From: Betaproteobacteria bacterium Ga0077532
GTDB taxonomy: Bacteria > Pseudomonadota > Gammaproteobacteria > Burkholderiales > Ga0077523
Assembly: GCA_001464895.1 (NCBI GenBank)
Contig: LNEE01000037.1
Location: forward strand, 59,653 to 123,652
Reading direction: 5' to 3'
Length of the DNA stretch: 64,000 nucleotides
Below the pieces are notes generated by a model. It worked only from the letters and a program-made list of their open reading frames with translations, ran no database searches and had not been told where the DNA came from. Position 1 is the stretch's first letter. Every line of letters starts with the position of its first letter. The position numbers were made by a program, and so were the translations under genes. Shown in pieces: positions 10,598 to 23,058 of this stretch.

Positions 10598-11953
10598 TCA
10601 GGGCGCCGCCACCTTCCCGATCACTCCGGCCAGTTCTTCCGCGAGGCCGCGCACCTGCCCCTCCTCCTCGCCTTCGACCATCACGCGCACGACCGGCTCG
10701 GTACCGGAAGGTCGAAGCAGCACTCGCCCTCGTCCGGCAAGCCTCTCCTCAGCGTGCGCCACGGCCGGCGCCACGGTCGGGTCACGACGCAGATCGAAGC
10801 CCCGCTTCATGGGCACGTTGATCAGCACCTGAGGCAGCAGGCGCAGATCCCGACATGCTTCCGGCAGGGTCTCGCGGGCATTGGCCAGGGCATTCAACAC
10901 CTGGAGACCGGAGATAAGCCCGTCGCCGGTGGTGTGCTTGTCGAGACACACGATATGACCGGAACCCTCTCCCCCGAGAATCCAGCCCCGCTCCAGGAGG
11001 AGTTCCAGCACATAGCGGTCACCCACGGCGGACCGAGCGAAGGGAATGCCGAGGCGGCCGAACGCCTGCTCCACACCGAAGTTGGTCATGACCGTCCCGA
11101 CGACACCGCCCTCCAGCCGCCCCTCGGCCCGACGGTTCCTCGCGATGACGTACAGAAGCTGGTCGCCATCGTAGATCCGACCCGTGGCATCGACCATCAT
11201 GAGCCGGTCGCCATCGCCATCCAGGGCGATCCCGAGATGGGCTCCGTGCTCCAATACCTTGGACGCCAGGAACTGCGGTTTGGTCGCTCCGCACCCCGCG
11301 TTGATGTTGATCCCGTCAGGCTGATTCCCGACCTCGATGACCTCCGCCCCCAGTTCGTGGAGGATTGGCCCGGCGACGTGGTAAGCGGCACCGTTCGCCG
11401 CATCGACCACGATCTTCATGCCGCGCAGGTCCCGATCGGTGGGAAACGTGCTCTTGCAGAACTCGATGTAGCGGCCATCCGCTTCGATGACCCTGCGCGC
11501 CTTGCCTAGCTGCGCGGAGGGCATGCAGCGCATCGGCGAGTCGAGGCGCGCCTCGATGCGGCGCTCCACCTCGTCCGCGAGCTTGTGACCGTTGGCGCCG
11601 AAGAACTTGATCCCGTTGTCGTCGTACGGATTGTGCGAGGCACTGATCACGACGCCAGCGGACAACCGCAGCGCCCGCGTAAGGTAGGCCACGGCCGGCG
11701 TTGGCATCGGACCGGCCAGCCAGACATCCACGCCGGCTGCGGCCAGACCGGCCTGCAGGGCGGACTCGAGCAGATATCCCGAGATTCGAGTGTCCTTGCC
11801 GATGAGCACGGCCGCGTGAGAACCAGGTGGGGCCTCCTTCGCGAGCACTTCGCCAGCCGCGAAACCCAGGTGCATCACCACCTCCGGCGTGATCGGCGGC
11901 TCTCCGACCTTGCCCCGTATGCCGTCCGTGCCGAAGTACTTTCTAGTGCTCAT
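10598..11953 (-). CDS. glmM: Phosphoglucosamine mutase
   Basis: [24 protein letters not shown] plus the active-site block [15 protein letters not shown]. The start was chosen at the internal ATG (residue 22 of ORF 10598..12016). Confidence 0.93.
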   Translation of the reverse strand: MSTRKYFGTDGIRGKVGEPPITPEVVMHLGFAAGEVLAKEAPPGSHAAVLIGKDTRISGYLLESALQAGLAAAGVDVWLAGPMPTPAVAYLTRALRLSAGVVISASHNPYDDNGIKFFGANGHKLADEVERRIEARLDSPMRCMPSAQLGKARRVIEADGRYIEFCKSTFPTDRDLRGMKIVVDAANGAAYHVAGPILHELGAEVIEVGNQPDGININAGCGATKPQFLASKVLEHGAHLGIALDGDGDRLMMVDATGRIYDGDQLLYVIARNRRAEGRLEGGVVGTVMTNFGVEQAFGRLGIPFARSAVGDRYVLELLLERGWILGGEGSGHIVCLDKHTTGDGLISGLQVLNALANARETLPEACRDLRLLPQVLINVPMKRGFDLRRDPTVAPAVAHAEERLAGRGRVLLRPSGTEPVVRVMVEGEEEGQVRGLAEELAGVIGKVAAP

Positions 11954-12845
11954 CGAATCCGAGTTCCTTTTCGTTGACGACCCGCCACAGCAGCAATGCG
12001 TCCCGAGTGGCGGCAATGTCGTGGACCCTCACAACAACCGCTCCGCGTTCGACGGCGATCAAGGCTGCGGTCACGCTTGCGGACTGTCGATCGGTGACCG
12101 GGCGGCCCACGATGTGCCCGAGCAGGGACTTGCGCGACAGGCCTGCGAGGACCGGCCAGCCCATCCCTGCGATATCGGAGAGATGTCTCAACAACCTGAG
12201 ATTGTGGTCGGGTGTCTTGCCGAATCCGAAGCCCGGGTCCAGCACGATGCGATCCCGCGCGATACCCGCCGCCTCACACATCTGCGCCCGCTCGCGCAGG
12301 AAGTCAGAGACCTCCACCAGGACATCCCGATACTCCGGCGCGACCTGCATCGTCGCGGGTGTCCCTTGCATGTGCATCACGCAGACGCCCACGCCGCTGG
12401 CGGCAACTGCCTCCAGCGCGCCGGAGACACGCAGGGCCCGCACGTCATTGATGATGGCAGCGCCCATGTCGATCACCGCGCGCATCACTTCGGGCCGGCT
12501 GGTGTCGACCGAGACCGGGAATCCACGGTGCGCCATGGCCTCGACCACCGGACGAACCCGACGCAGCTCCTCCTCCCAGGGAACCTCGGCTGCCCCGGGG
12601 CGGGTGGACTCCCCACCCACGTCGAGAACGTCGGCGCCTTCCTCGAACATCTGCTCGGCACGCTTCAACGCGTCGGAGGGCTTCTCGAACCTGCCCCCAT
12701 CCGAGAAGGAATCGGGGGTCACATTCAGCACACCCATGATCACAGGGCGGGAGAGATCTAATACGTGCGGACCGGCCCGCCAGACGCGCGGGCGCGGAGG
12801 CGTCGATGCTATGTCCAAGCTGGGCGCGGGCTGCAGAGTTCCCAT
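11943..12845 (-). CDS. folP: Dihydropteroate synthase
   Basis: 300 aa with [27 protein letters not shown] and the pterin-binding fold pattern. It overlaps the glmM start by 11 nt. Confidence 0.9.
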   Translation of the reverse strand: MGTLQPAPSLDIASTPPRPRVWRAGPHVLDLSRPVIMGVLNVTPDSFSDGGRFEKPSDALKRAEQMFEEGADVLDVGGESTRPGAAEVPWEEELRRVRPVVEAMAHRGFPVSVDTSRPEVMRAVIDMGAAIINDVRALRVSGALEAVAASGVGVCVMHMQGTPATMQVAPEYRDVLVEVSDFLRERAQMCEAAGIARDRIVLDPGFGFGKTPDHNLRLLRHLSDIAGMGWPVLAGLSRKSLLGHIVGRPVTDRQSASVTAALIAVERGAVVVRVHDIAATRDALLLWRVVNEKELGFDEH

Positions 12846-12927
12846 GGCTGACGCGAGGGTCCCGAAATGCAGCGAGGGGCAAGGACCTGCGTCCTCACCC
12901 CTCGCGATGCGATTTCGTACTCTACCC

Positions 12928-14817
12928 TCAGGCTTCCCGCGCAGGAGTCGTGGTCGGTGCCGGCGACGGAGTGTTGTCCGGCGGAGGCGTCGTGGGCGGG
13001 ACGGTGACAGGCTTGGGCGGCCGCGGCGGGCGCCCCGCCATGATGTCGTTCACCTGCTCGGCATCCAGGGTTTCCCATTCGAGGAGGAACTTGGTCATGA
13101 GCTCGACCTTGTCCCGGTGGTCCTCGATCAGCTTGCGGGCTACGGCGTACTGCTCGTCGATGATCCGGCGAATCTCGGCATCGACCTTCTGGAGGGTCGC
13201 CTCGGACAGATTCTTGTGGGTCGTGATGGAACGCCCGAGGAAGACCTCACCCTCGTTATCGCCATAAACCATCGTCCCGAGAGCTGCCGACATTCCGTAG
13301 CGCGTGACCATGTCGCGTGCGATCCGGGTGGCGTTCTCGAAGTCGTTGCTCGCGCCCGTGGTCATGCGGTTCATGAACACTTCCTCGGCAATGCGCCCAC
13401 CCAGGCCCATGGCGATGCGTTGGAGCATCTGGTCGCGATCCTGGCCGAGGGAATCACGCTCGGGGAGAGTCCACGTCACGCCGAGAGCTCGACCACGCGG
13501 GATGATCGTGACCTTGTGCACGGGGTCGACCCGCGGAAGCAACTTGGCCACGACCGCATGACCGGACTCGTGGTATGCGGTCATCAGACGCTCTTCCTCG
13601 GACATGACCATGGAACGCCGTTCCGCGCCCATGAAGATCTTGTCCTTGGCGCGCTCGAAGTCCTCCATGTCGACCAGCCGCTTGCCACCTCGGGCGGCGA
13701 ACAGCGCAGCCTCGTTCACGAGATTCGCGAGATCCGCGCCGGCGAAACCAGGCGTGCCACGCGCGATGATGTCGGCCTTCACATCCGGCGCGAGCGGCAC
13801 CTTCCGCATGTGGACCATCAGGATCTGTTCGCGGCCCCGCATGTCGGGCAGCGGCACCACCACCTGCCGATCGAAGCGGCCTGGCCGCAGCAGTGCAGGA
13901 TCGAGCACGTCGGGGCGGTTCGTGGCGGCGATCACGATGACGCCCGTGGCGCCTTCGAAACCATCCATCTCGACGAGCAACTGATTGAGCGTCTGCTCGC
14001 GCTCGTCGTTGCCACCGCCGAGGCCGGCGCCACGCTGACGGCCCACGGCGTCGATTTCGTCGATGAAGATGATGCACGGGGAGTGCTTCTTCGCCTGCTC
14101 GAACATGTCACGGACGCGGGCTGCACCGACGCCCACGAACATCTCGACGAAGTCGGATCCTGAGATGGAGAAGAACGGCACCTTCGCCTCACCCGCGATG
14201 GCCTTCGCCAGAAGCGTCTTGCCGGTACCGGGCGAACCGACCATCAGGACGCCTTTCGGGATACGCCCGCCAAGCTTCTGGAACTTGCCGGGATCGCGAA
14301 GGAAATCGACGAGTTCGGAGACCTCCTCCTTGGCCTCGTCGCAGCCTGCGACATCGGCGAACGTGACCTGGTTGTTGGCCTCGTCGAGCATGCGCGCCTT
14401 GCTCTTGCCGAAGGAGAACGCCCCACCCCTGCCGCCCCCCTGCATCTGCCGCATGAAGAAGATCCAGACGCCGATCAGCAGCAGCATCGGGAACCACGAG
14501 ATGAAGACCTGCATGAGGAAGCCCTGCTCTTCCTCGGGCTTCGCCTCGATGATCACGCCGGCTTTCAGGAGATCACTCACCATCCACGGATCGGACGGCT
14601 GGTAGGTGCTGAATCGGCGGCCTTCGGTGTTCACCCACTTGAGCACACGCCCTTCGATGGTGACCTTGGCCACGTGCCCGCGCTTCACCTCTTCGATGAA
14701 TTGCGAGTACTCCATCGACTGTTGCGCCGTGCTCGTCTTGCTGAACTGATTGAAGACCGTCATCAGCACCAGGGCGATGACCAGCCATATCGCGACGTTC
14801 TTGATGAGATTGTTCAA
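12928..14817 (-). CDS. ftsH: ATP-dependent zinc metalloprotease FtsH
   Basis: 629 aa with AAA Walker [14 protein letters not shown], the second region of homology, and the zinc site HESGHAV. Confidence 0.97.
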   Translation of the reverse strand: MNNLIKNVAIWLVIALVLMTVFNQFSKTSTAQQSMEYSQFIEEVKRGHVAKVTIEGRVLKWVNTEGRRFSTYQPSDPWMVSDLLKAGVIIEAKPEEEQGFLMQVFISWFPMLLLIGVWIFFMRQMQGGGRGGAFSFGKSKARMLDEANNQVTFADVAGCDEAKEEVSELVDFLRDPGKFQKLGGRIPKGVLMVGSPGTGKTLLAKAIAGEAKVPFFSISGSDFVEMFVGVGAARVRDMFEQAKKHSPCIIFIDEIDAVGRQRGAGLGGGNDEREQTLNQLLVEMDGFEGATGVIVIAATNRPDVLDPALLRPGRFDRQVVVPLPDMRGREQILMVHMRKVPLAPDVKADIIARGTPGFAGADLANLVNEAALFAARGGKRLVDMEDFERAKDKIFMGAERRSMVMSEEERLMTAYHESGHAVVAKLLPRVDPVHKVTIIPRGRALGVTWTLPERDSLGQDRDQMLQRIAMGLGGRIAEEVFMNRMTTGASNDFENATRIARDMVTRYGMSAALGTMVYGDNEGEVFLGRSITTHKNLSEATLQKVDAEIRRIIDEQYAVARKLIEDHRDKVELMTKFLLEWETLDAEQVNDIMAGRPPRPPKPVTVPPTTPPPDNTPSPAPTTTPAREA

Positions 14818-14885
14818 GATCTCTCCTTCGACTCCGGTTGAGCGGACGGCGGGCAGCGCACGCCTGTCGACCGGTTGGGCAGATT

Positions 14886-15551
14886 CTAATCCCGATTCGT
14901 TCCCTCTCCGGCGGCTTCCTGCCCGTCGGCACCCAGTTGTTTCATCCTCGCCAGCAGGTAGGTCTCGGGACTACGCCCCCGCGACGCCTCCGGCTTGCGG
15001 ACAACCACCTCACGGAACGATCGGCGCATCTGCTTCAGCAGATCGTCGAATCCGACACCATGAAAGACCTTCACCAACAGACTTCCCTTCGGACCCAGGA
15101 ACCGCAGGGCGAAATCGAGCGAAAGCTCAGCCAGTCCGGCGACCGCCGCCTGATCCACGGCGCCGATGCCTGTCATGTTTGGGGCCATGTCCGAAAGCAC
15201 AAGGTCCACGCTACGCCCAGCCAGCGCCTCTGTCACGGCATCCAGCACTGCATTGTGACCGAAGTCACCCTGGATGAACGTCACGCCATGGATACCCGTC
15301 ATCTCAAGGAGGTCCACTGCCACCACCCGGCCGGTGGGCCCGACAGCGGCAGCCGCCACCTGGGACCACCCGCCAGGCGCCGAACCGAGATCCACCACCA
15401 CGCCACCCGGGCGCAGCAGCTTGTCCTTCGCGTCCATTTGGAGCAACTTGTAGGCAGCCCGGGATCGGTAGCCGTCGGCCTTCGCCTGCTTCACGTACGT
15501 GTCGTTCACGTGTTCGTGCATCCAGGCCTTGCTGGTCTTGTTTCGCGCCAT
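14886..15551 (-). CDS. rlmE: 23S rRNA (uridine2552-2'-O)-methyltransferase RlmE (FtsJ)
   Basis: 221 aa with [29 protein letters not shown] and the SAM site [13 protein letters not shown]. Confidence 0.93.
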   Translation of the reverse strand: MARNKTSKAWMHEHVNDTYVKQAKADGYRSRAAYKLLQMDAKDKLLRPGGVVVDLGSAPGGWSQVAAAAVGPTGRVVAVDLLEMTGIHGVTFIQGDFGHNAVLDAVTEALAGRSVDLVLSDMAPNMTGIGAVDQAAVAGLAELSLDFALRFLGPKGSLLVKVFHGVGFDDLLKQMRRSFREVVVRKPEASRGRSPETYLLARMKQLGADGQEAAGEGTNRD

Positions 15552-15588
15552 TGCCTAGAATCCCGCTCCCCACGGAGAACCGTACCCG

Positions 15589-15939
15589 ATGCCTCTCACT
15601 CCCCAGCAACGCCGTGAAATGAAGGCCCTTGCCCATGGCCTGTCGCCTGTCGTTCTCATCGGTGGTAACGGACTCACTCCGGCCGTACTGAAGGAAATCG
15701 ATGTCGCCTTGCGTGCCCACGAACTCCTGAAGGTGCAGGTGGCCGGCGAGGACAAGGAGACGCGATCGCTCATGATGGAGCAGATCTGTACTGAGCTTAA
15801 GGCCGAACCGGTGCAGTCGATTGGAAGAATGCTCGTGCTCTTTCGAGAGAATGCCGAAGCTCGGGCCGCCGTTGCCGCACCGCGCCCGGTACGACGCGCT
15901 CCCCGAACCACGAAGCGAAGCCACCAGGGAAGCGCCTGA
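15589..15939 (+). CDS. yhbY: YhbY-family RNA-binding protein (CRM domain)
   Basis: 116 aa with LTPQQRREMKALAHGLSPVVLIGGNGLTPAVLKEIDVALRAHELLKV. It is divergent from rlmE, as in many proteobacteria. Confidence 0.85.
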   Translation: MPLTPQQRREMKALAHGLSPVVLIGGNGLTPAVLKEIDVALRAHELLKVQVAGEDKETRSLMMEQICTELKAEPVQSIGRMLVLFRENAEARAAVAAPRPVRRAPRTTKRSHQGSA

Positions 15940-15960
15940 TCCTGACGGAGAGGCGCCCGC

Positions 15961-16422
15961 TCAGCGACCGGTTCGTCTGCCGAGCAGCACCATGCCCACG
16001 GCGAGCAGGCTCTGGATGACATAAAGGATACTCGCCACGCCGTGCCAGGTGGCGAAGCGATCGCGAAACACGCTTTCCATGACTTCGCGGGGGAGCGCCT
16101 GTTCCTTCAGGCTCGCGAGAATCGGCTGCACACCGAACTGTCCCGCCACGACCAGCGCCACCATCGCGACCACGATCCAGAATCCGCCCTGCTTCATCGC
16201 CTGCAATCCGCCGCGGCCCAGGCGATACACGAGGATGTAGGCTGCGCAGGCTAGGCCGAGGAAGGCCATCGCCGTGAAGATCGTTCCAGCCAGATTCCCG
16301 GCAATCTGCCGGTCGGGCGCGGCACGGAACAGGAGCGGAGCGACCAGATAGCCGCTCACCCAGATGCCGCCCGCCCAGAGGGCGATGGCGATTTCGTGCA
16401 AGGCAGCAAGGACGCGCGACAT
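15961..16422 (-). CDS. Integral membrane protein (DUF4149/TMEM205-like)
   Basis: 153 aa with four hydrophobic helices. It occupies the position between greA and yhbY. The family assignment is from memory only. Confidence 0.55.
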   Translation of the reverse strand: MSRVLAALHEIAIALWAGGIWVSGYLVAPLLFRAAPDRQIAGNLAGTIFTAMAFLGLACAAYILVYRLGRGGLQAMKQGGFWIVVAMVALVVAGQFGVQPILASLKEQALPREVMESVFRDRFATWHGVASILYVIQSLLAVGMVLLGRRTGR

Positions 16423-16483
16423 CGTGGCCGGCTAGGCGCGCGCGGATGCGGCCCGGGACTCCGCTGGGAACACGAAACGCAGT

Positions 16484-16960
16484 TCAGACATATCGGACAT
16501 CGAGGATCTCGTATTCCTTGATGCCACCCGGTGCCTGCACCTCGGCAACGTCACCAGCCGACTTCCCGATGAGCGCGCGCGCGATGGGCGAGCTGATGGA
16601 AATCTTGCTGACCTTGATGTCGGCCTCGTCCTCGCCGACGATCTGGTACGTGACTTCCGCGTTGGAGGACAGATCCTGCAGCTGCACCGTGGCTCCGAAC
16701 ACGCAGCGGCCATCGGCGTCGAGCAGCGTCGGGTCGATGATCTGCGCATTCGCCAGCTTGCTCTCCACCTCCGCAATACGACCCTCGATGAAACTCTGAC
16801 GCTCCTTCGCCGCGTCGTACTCGGCGTTCTCGGAAAGGTCGCCCTGGGCACGCGCCTCCGAGATGGCGGCGATGACCTTCTGGCGCTCGACGGTCTTCAA
16901 CTGGTGCAGTTCCTGGCGAAGCTTCTCGGCGCCAATCACGGTCAGGGGAATCTTGGCCAC
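16484..16960 (-). CDS. greA: Transcription elongation factor GreA
   Basis: 158 aa with IPLTVIGAEKLRQELHQLK...AISEARAQGDLSENAEYDAAKERQSFIEGRI. Confidence 0.95.
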   Translation of the reverse strand: MAKIPLTVIGAEKLRQELHQLKTVERQKVIAAISEARAQGDLSENAEYDAAKERQSFIEGRIAEVESKLANAQIIDPTLLDADGRCVFGATVQLQDLSSNAEVTYQIVGEDEADIKVSKISISSPIARALIGKSAGDVAEVQAPGGIKEYEILDVRYV

Positions 16961-16996
16961 TAAACAGGTCTCCTGTGGACGATCGGGCAGGCGTGG

Positions 16997-19900
16997 TCAG
17001 TGCAGACGGGCATGCAGGCCCTGCACGGAGTACGCCGTGAGCTCCCGCATGTTCTGCATACCGGTGCACGCAGCCCGCGCGCCGGCGATGGTCGTGTAGT
17101 AGGTCACCCGCGCCTGCAGAGCCGACCGGCGGATCGAGTACGAGTCCTGCACCGCGGAGCGACGATCCTCGACCGTGTTCACGATCAGGACGATCTCGCC
17201 GTTCTTGATCATGTCGACGATGTGCGGACGGCCCTCGGTCACCTTGTTGACAGGCGTCACTGTCACGCCGTGCTCGACGAGGTAGGCCGCCGTGCCTCGG
17301 GTCGCGCAGATCGCGAAGCCCAGAGCCGCCAGCGACTTCGCCACATCGACGACCTTTGGCTTGTCGGAATTGCGCACGCTGATCAAGACCGTTCCCGACG
17401 TCGGCATTCGGACGCCCGCGGCCAGCTGGGACTTCACGAACGCCTCTGCGAACGTCTCACCCACGCCCATGACCTCGCCGGTCGACTTCATCTCGGGCCC
17501 GAGGATGGTGTCCACGCCCGGGAACTTGATGAACGGAAACACGGCTTCCTTCACCGAGTAATAGGGCGGGATGACTTCCCCCTTCACCCCCTGATCGTCG
17601 AGCGAGCGCCCCGCCATGCAGCGCGCGGCGATCTTCGCGAGCGGCAGGCTCGTGGCCTTGGAAACGTACGGGACCGTCCGGGACGCACGGGGATTCACCT
17701 CCAGCACGAACACGGTCTCGCCCTGGATGGCGAACTGCACGTTCATCAGTCCGACCACGTTCAGCCCCTTCGCCATCGCGCACGTCTGCCGGCGGAGTTC
17801 GTCCTGCACCTCGGGCGAAAGGCTGAAAGGTGGAAGCGAGCATGCCGAATCGCCGGAGTGCACACCCGCCTGTTCGATGTGCTCCATGATTCCGCCGATC
17901 AACACGCGGTCGCCGTCGCAGATCGCATCGACATCGACCTCGGTGGCGTCGTTCAGGAAGCGATCGAGCAGCACGGGGCTGTCGTTGCTGACCTTCACCG
18001 CCTCGCGCATGTAGCGCTCGAGGTCGGCTTGCTGGTGCACGATCTCCATCGCCCGCCCGCCCAGCACGTACGACGGCCGAACCACCAGCGGGTAGCCGAT
18101 CTCCGCGGCGAGCCGCAAGGCCTCTTCCGGGGCGCGCGCCGTGCGGTTCGGCGGCTGCTTCAGACCGAGATCCTGCAGCAGCTTCTGGAAGCGCTCGCGG
18201 TCCTCGGCGCAATCGATCATGTCGGGCGAGGTCCCGATGATCGGCACGCCATTGCGTTCGAGATCCCGGGCCAGCTTGAGCGGCGTCTGGCCACCGTACT
18301 GCACGATCACGCCGAAAGGCTTCTCGACGTGCACGATCTCCAGGACGTCCTCGAGCGTGAGCGGCTCGAAGTAGAGACGGTCCGACGTGTCGTAGTCGGT
18401 CGAGACGGTTTCCGGATTGCAGTTGACCATGATGGTCTCGAATCCGTCGTCGCGCAGCGCGAAGGCAGCGTGGACGCAGCAGTAGTCGAACTCGATGCCC
18501 TGTCCGATGCGGTTCGGCCCACCACCCAGGACGATCACCTTCCGGCGGTCGGTGGGACGGGACTCGCACTCTTCCTCGTAGGTCGAGTACATGTACGCAG
18601 TGCGGGTGTCGAACTCCGCAGCACAGGTGTCGACGCGCTTGTAGACGGGGCGCACACCCAGCGCGTGACGGCGGCCACGCACGGCGTGCTGGTCGGTGGC
18701 AAGCAGCTTCGCGAGGCGACGATCCGAGAAGCCATCCCGCTTGAGCGACCTGAGTTCCGCCTCATCCAGACTCTCCGCGGTCCGGCCTCGGAGCCCTTGT
18801 TCGGTCCGGATGAGATCCTCGATCTGCACCAGGAACCACGGATCGATGTGCGTGAGCTGGTGCACCTCCTCCATGGTCATGCCGACGCGGAAGCCGTCAG
18901 CCACGTAGAGGATGCGTTCCGGGCCGGCATCACCGAGTTCGGCCTCGATGGTCTCCCGGTCGTCGCTCTTCTCGTCGAACCCGTCGATCCCGGTCTCGAG
19001 ACCGCGGAGCGCCTTCTGCATCGATTCCTGGAAGGTGCGGCCCATGGCCATGACCTCGCCCACGGACTTCATCTGCGTCGTGAGCTTGCTGTCGGCCTGC
19101 GGGAACTTCTCGAACGCGAAGCGGGGGATCTTCGTGACCACGTAGTCGATGGACGGCTCGAACGACGCCGGCGTGGCCCCACCGGTGATCTCGTTGCGCA
19201 GTTCGTCGAGCGTGTAGCCGACGGCAAGCTTCGCTGCGACCTTGGCGATCGGGAACCCCGTGGCCTTCGACGCGAGAGCCGACGAGCGCGACACGCGCGG
19301 ATTCATTTCGATCACGAGCATCCGCCCGTCGTGCGGGCTGATGGCGAACTGGACGTTGGAGCCGCCGGTGTCGACACCGATCTCGCGCAGGACCGCGATC
19401 GAGGCGTCGCGCATGATCTGGTATTCCTTGTCCGTGAGCGTCTGCGCGGGCGCCACGGTGATGGAGTCACCCGTGTGGATGCCCATGGGATCGAGGTTCT
19501 CGATGCTGCAGACGATGATGCAGTTGTCCTTGCGGTCCCGCACCACCTCCATCTCGAACTCTTTCCAGCCGATCACCGACTCCTCGATGAGCAGTTCCTT
19601 GGTCGGCGAGGCCTCGAGGCCCCGCTCGCAGATCATGAGGAACTCTTCCTTGTTGTAGGCGATGCCGCCGCCGGAACCGCCCATGGTGAACGACGGCCGG
19701 ATGATCGTCGGAAACCCGACCTTCGCCTGGACCTGGAGCGCCTCCTCGATGCTGTGGGCGATGCCCGACCGCGCGGAGTCGAGGCCGATGGCCGTCATGG
19801 CGACCTTGAACTTCTGACGATCCTCGGCCTTGTCGATGGCCTCACGGGAGGCGCCGATCATCTCGACACCGTACTTCTCGAGCACCCCATGCTTGGCGAG

Positions 19901-20203
19901 GTCGAGTGCGCAGTTGAGCGCCGTCTGGCCACCCATGGTCGGCAGGAGAGCATCGGGGCGCTCGACCGCGATCACCTTCTCGAGCATCTGCCAGTTGATC
20001 GGCTCGATGTAGGTGACGTCGGCAAGCCCCGGGTCGGTCATGATCGTGGCGGGGTTGGAGTTCACCAGGATCACCCGGTAACCCTCCTCGCGCAGTGCCT
20101 TGCACGCCTGCGCGCCGGAATAGTCGAACTCGCACGCCTGCCCGATGACGATGGGACCGGCGCCGATGATCAGGATGCTCTGGATGTCGGTGCGTCTTGG
20201 CAT
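16997..20203 (-). CDS. carB: Carbamoyl-phosphate synthase large subunit
   Basis: Starts [34 protein letters not shown] and has duplicated ATP-grasp halves. The start is the ATG at residue 94 of ORF 16997..20482, because the upstream extension overlaps the end of carA. Confidence 0.97.
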   Translation of the reverse strand: MPRRTDIQSILIIGAGPIVIGQACEFDYSGAQACKALREEGYRVILVNSNPATIMTDPGLADVTYIEPINWQMLEKVIAVERPDALLPTMGGQTALNCALDLAKHGVLEKYGVEMIGASREAIDKAEDRQKFKVAMTAIGLDSARSGIAHSIEEALQVQAKVGFPTIIRPSFTMGGSGGGIAYNKEEFLMICERGLEASPTKELLIEESVIGWKEFEMEVVRDRKDNCIIVCSIENLDPMGIHTGDSITVAPAQTLTDKEYQIMRDASIAVLREIGVDTGGSNVQFAISPHDGRMLVIEMNPRVSRSSALASKATGFPIAKVAAKLAVGYTLDELRNEITGGATPASFEPSIDYVVTKIPRFAFEKFPQADSKLTTQMKSVGEVMAMGRTFQESMQKALRGLETGIDGFDEKSDDRETIEAELGDAGPERILYVADGFRVGMTMEEVHQLTHIDPWFLVQIEDLIRTEQGLRGRTAESLDEAELRSLKRDGFSDRRLAKLLATDQHAVRGRRHALGVRPVYKRVDTCAAEFDTRTAYMYSTYEEECESRPTDRRKVIVLGGGPNRIGQGIEFDYCCVHAAFALRDDGFETIMVNCNPETVSTDYDTSDRLYFEPLTLEDVLEIVHVEKPFGVIVQYGGQTPLKLARDLERNGVPIIGTSPDMIDCAEDRERFQKLLQDLGLKQPPNRTARAPEEALRLAAEIGYPLVVRPSYVLGGRAMEIVHQQADLERYMREAVKVSNDSPVLLDRFLNDATEVDVDAICDGDRVLIGGIMEHIEQAGVHSGDSACSLPPFSLSPEVQDELRRQTCAMAKGLNVVGLMNVQFAIQGETVFVLEVNPRASRTVPYVSKATSLPLAKIAARCMAGRSLDDQGVKGEVIPPYYSVKEAVFPFIKFPGVDTILGPEMKSTGEVMGVGETFAEAFVKSQLAAGVRMPTSGTVLISVRNSDKPKVVDVAKSLAALGFAICATRGTAAYLVEHGVTVTPVNKVTEGRPHIVDMIKNGEIVLIVNTVEDRRSAVQDSYSIRRSALQARVTYYTTIAGARAACTGMQNMRELTAYSVQGLHARLH

Positions 20204-20282
20204 AGGGTTCCACCGTGATCGGTGACCGGGGCCGGTCGGTCCGCGCACCCTTGGCGGGCGGCGCAGGACCCGGCCAGCCGGA

Positions 20283-21416
20283 TCACCTGTGAGACTTCTC
20301 CATCGAATCCACGAAGCGGTCGAACAGATAGCCCACGTCGTGCGGACCGGGGCTCGCTTCGGGATGGCCCTGGAAACAGAAGGCCGGGACGTCCGTGCGG
20401 GCAAAGCCCTGCAGGGAACCGTCGAAGAGCGACACGTGGGTGACGCGGGCACTCGCCGGGAGTGTCGCGGCATCCACGGCAAAACCGTGGTTCTGGCTGG
20501 TGATCACCACCCGGCCGGACTCGAGATCCTGGACGGGATGGTTGGCACCGTGGTGCCCGAACTTCATCTTGAGCGTCTTCGCGCCGCTCGCGAGCGCCAT
20601 CAGCTGGTGCCCGAGGCAGATCCCGAAGGTGGGAATCCCCGCCGCGAGAATCTCGCGAATGGCGCGGATCGCGTAGTCGCAGGGCTCCGGATCGCCGGGG
20701 CCGTTCGACAGGAAAACACCATGTGGCTTCAGCGCCATCGCATCGGCGGCCGTCGCCTGAGCAGGCAACACCGTCACCCTGCATCCACGGTCGGCCAGCA
20801 TGCGCAGGATGTTGCGTTTCACACCGTAGTCGAACGCCACCACATGGAAGCGCTCTTCGACGCGCTCACCGTAGCCATCGGCCAGGGACCATGAGGTGCC
20901 GGTCCAGTTGTACGGCTTGTCGCAGGTCACCACCTTGGCGAGATCCATCCCGGCCAGACCAGGGAAGGCCCGCGCTTCGGTCAAGGCCCGTGCTTCGTCG
21001 ATGTCACCACCCATCACGCAGCCGGCCTGGGCGCCCTTGTCCCGCAGGATTCGAGTGAGCTTGCGGGTATCGATGCCGGCAATGGCCACGACACCCTCAC
21101 CTGCGAGGTAGTCCGGCAACGTGCTTCGCATGCGCCAATTGGAGGCCCGCAGCGGAAGATCGCGAATGACCAGACCGGCTGCGTGGATGCGATCGGCCTC
21201 GAGATCCTCGAGGTTGGTACCGGTGTTGCCGATGTGGGGGTAGGTCAGCGTGACGATCTGTCGGCAATAGGAGGGATCGGTGAGGATCTCCTGATAGCCG
21301 GTCATCGAGGTGTTGAAGACCACCTCTCCGACGGAGAGACCCGCTGCGCCGATCGACTCGCCCCGGAAAATGGTGCCGTCGGCGAGCGCGAGGATGGCAG
21401 GCTGGCGGTCTGACAA
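20283..21416 (-). CDS. carA: Carbamoyl-phosphate synthase small subunit
   Basis: Contains [18 protein letters not shown] and the GATase triad region GICLGHQL. The ORF as listed starts with GTG at 21440. TTG at 21416, with GAGGAA upstream, gives an N-terminus of CarA-typical length. The start is uncertain within 24 nt. Confidence 0.9.
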   Translation of the reverse strand: MSDRQPAILALADGTIFRGESIGAAGLSVGEVVFNTSMTGYQEILTDPSYCRQIVTLTYPHIGNTGTNLEDLEADRIHAAGLVIRDLPLRASNWRMRSTLPDYLAGEGVVAIAGIDTRKLTRILRDKGAQAGCVMGGDIDEARALTEARAFPGLAGMDLAKVVTCDKPYNWTGTSWSLADGYGERVEERFHVVAFDYGVKRNILRMLADRGCRVTVLPAQATAADAMALKPHGVFLSNGPGDPEPCDYAIRAIREILAAGIPTFGICLGHQLMALASGAKTLKMKFGHHGANHPVQDLESGRVVITSQNHGFAVDAATLPASARVTHVSLFDGSLQGFARTDVPAFCFQGHPEASPGPHDVGYLFDRFVDSMEKSHR

Positions 21417-21484
21417 GATCGATTTCCTCGCGGGTGGCACAACTCGGCAGGCGCGAACTGCGCGTGTCGGATGGCCTGGAACTT

Positions 21485-21526
21485 AGGTGGCTGCGAACAG
21501 GTGGCTGCGAACTGGGTCGCTCGAAC
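21485..21526. repeat. Three tandem 14-bp repeats (AGGTGGCTGCGAAC x2 plus degenerate TGGGTCGCTCGAAC)
   Basis: Read directly from the sequence, 45-110 bp upstream of the carA start. A further GCGAAC core lies at 21453-21458. Confidence 0.8.
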
Positions 21527-21540
21527 TGATTCACTACGTG

Positions 21541-21577
21541 CCGAGCGGGAGGGTGCTGGCGCACCGCTCCCGCTCGG
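21541..21577 (-). terminator. GC-rich hairpin downstream of dapB (no U-tract)
   Basis: CCGAGCGGGAG (21541-21551) pairs perfectly with CTCCCGCTCGG (21567-21577). The loop contains an additional GGTGC/GCACC pairing. Confidence 0.4.
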
Positions 21578-21654
21578 AAACGCTTCGCATTATAGCGGTG
21601 CACCCCCTCCGCCGGCAACGCCGGGAACCATCCGCGAGGCCGCCGGAAGCAGGA

Positions 21655-22476
21655 TCAGCGAAGTCCGAGGACGTCCTGCATGTCGTGCATTCCACGGGTC
21701 CGGCCGGCCAGGTAGCGCGCCGCGCGCAGTGCGCCCTGGGCGAAGGTCGCGCGACTCGAAGCCTTGTGCGTTAGCTCCACTCGCTCACCGATGCCGGCGA
21801 ACAGGACGGTGTGGTCGCCGACCACGTCACCGCCGCGGATCGTCGCGAAACCGATCGTCTTCGCATCGCGCTCGCCGGTCACCCCCTCCCGACCATAGAC
21901 GGCGCAGGCAGCAAGATCCCGCCCCAACGCTGCCGCCGCGACCTCGCCCATGCGGAGGGCGGTTCCACTCGGGGCATCCACCTTGTGCCGGTGATGCGCT
22001 TCGATGATCTCGACGTCGTAGCCATCGCCCAGCGCCCGGGCACCGAGGTCGATCAGCCTGAGGAGAACGTTCACGCCCACGCTCATGTTCGGCGCCATCA
22101 CCATCGCGACGCGGTCGGCCACTTCGCTGAGGCGGCTCTTCTCGGCATCGGTGAATCCGGTGGTGCCCACCACCAACTTCACACCGTGGCGCAGGCATGC
22201 CTCGGCGTGCGCCATGGTGGCGGCCGGTCGCGTGAAGTCGATGAGGACATCGGCGCCGTCCAGTGCCGCATCGAGGTCGGCACCAATGTAGACCCCGCAG
22301 GCGCCACCAGCGAACTCGCCGGCGTCGCGGCCAAGCGCCGGGCTGTCCGGGTGCTCGAGCGCGCCGTGCAGTTCCTGTTCCGGCGAGCCCGAGAGAATCT
22401 CGATCAGCGTGCGCCCCATCCGGCCTGTGCTGCCGGCGATCACGACCTTCTGCTTCAAGTTTTGAATCCTCGTCAT
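21655..22476 (-). CDS. dapB: 4-hydroxy-tetrahydrodipicolinate reductase
   Basis: 273 aa with [30 protein letters not shown] and a DapB C-terminus. ATGA overlap with the bamE stop. Confidence 0.93.
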   Translation of the reverse strand: MTRIQNLKQKVVIAGSTGRMGRTLIEILSGSPEQELHGALEHPDSPALGRDAGEFAGGACGVYIGADLDAALDGADVLIDFTRPAATMAHAEACLRHGVKLVVGTTGFTDAEKSRLSEVADRVAMVMAPNMSVGVNVLLRLIDLGARALGDGYDVEIIEAHHRHKVDAPSGTALRMGEVAAAALGRDLAACAVYGREGVTGERDAKTIGFATIRGGDVVGDHTVLFAGIGERVELTHKASSRATFAQGALRAARYLAGRTRGMHDMQDVLGLR

Positions 22477-22874
22477 TGCTTCGGCGCGTCAGGATCGACC
22501 TTGCCGTCCTGACCGACCAGTCCGCCCGCCGCGGAGACATCGCCCAGGATCTGCTTCAGCTTGTCGTCCCGGAACACCAGCGTCAGGCGCCGTTGCTCAC
22601 GGGGGTTCCCCGCCTTGTCGAACTTGTAGAAGTAGTCCCAGCGATCGGGATGGAAGGTGTCCGTCACCAGTGGTGTACCGAGCACGTACTTCACCTGCGC
22701 ACGCGTCATGTCCGGCTTCAGCTTGGAGATGGATTCCTGCGTGACGACGTTGCCTTGCTGGACGTCGATGCGATACGGAGAAATCTTGCAGGCCGTGATC
22801 GGCATGCAAAAGAACGCCACCACCAAGGCGGCGCGAACCGCGGTCCAACACTGACCTGTCATTGTTCTCAGCAC
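22473..22874 (-). CDS. bamE: Outer membrane protein assembly factor BamE (SmpA/OmlA lipoprotein)
   Basis: 133 aa with lipobox ITAC followed by [49 protein letters not shown]. Confidence 0.85.
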   Translation of the reverse strand: MLRTMTGQCWTAVRAALVVAFFCMPITACKISPYRIDVQQGNVVTQESISKLKPDMTRAQVKYVLGTPLVTDTFHPDRWDYFYKFDKAGNPREQRRLTLVFRDDKLKQILGDVSAAGGLVGQDGKVDPDAPKQ

Positions 22875-23010
22875 CCTGGAAAGCCTCTATGATACCGAAG
22901 GAAATCAGAGCAGCGCCGTTCGAAAATTGTGGGTTTCGTCCGAGCGCTGCAGACCAGACGGCAGGCTGGTCGGGGTCATGATGTCAGAGGCGGCTCTGCC
23001 GGTATGGCGA

Positions 23011-23058
23011 TGTAGCGGTGTAGCGGTGTAGCGGTGTAGCGGTGTAGCGGTGTAGCGG
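23011..23058. repeat. Octanucleotide simple sequence repeat (TGTAGCGG)x6
   Basis: Six perfect head-to-tail copies read directly from the sequence, in the bamE-fur divergent intergenic region. Confidence 0.95.

Noticed and set aside
23011-23058. Possible CRISPR array or minisatellite
   Set aside because: The units are 8 bp with no spacers and there are no cas genes. It is a simple sequence repeat, not a CRISPR array.
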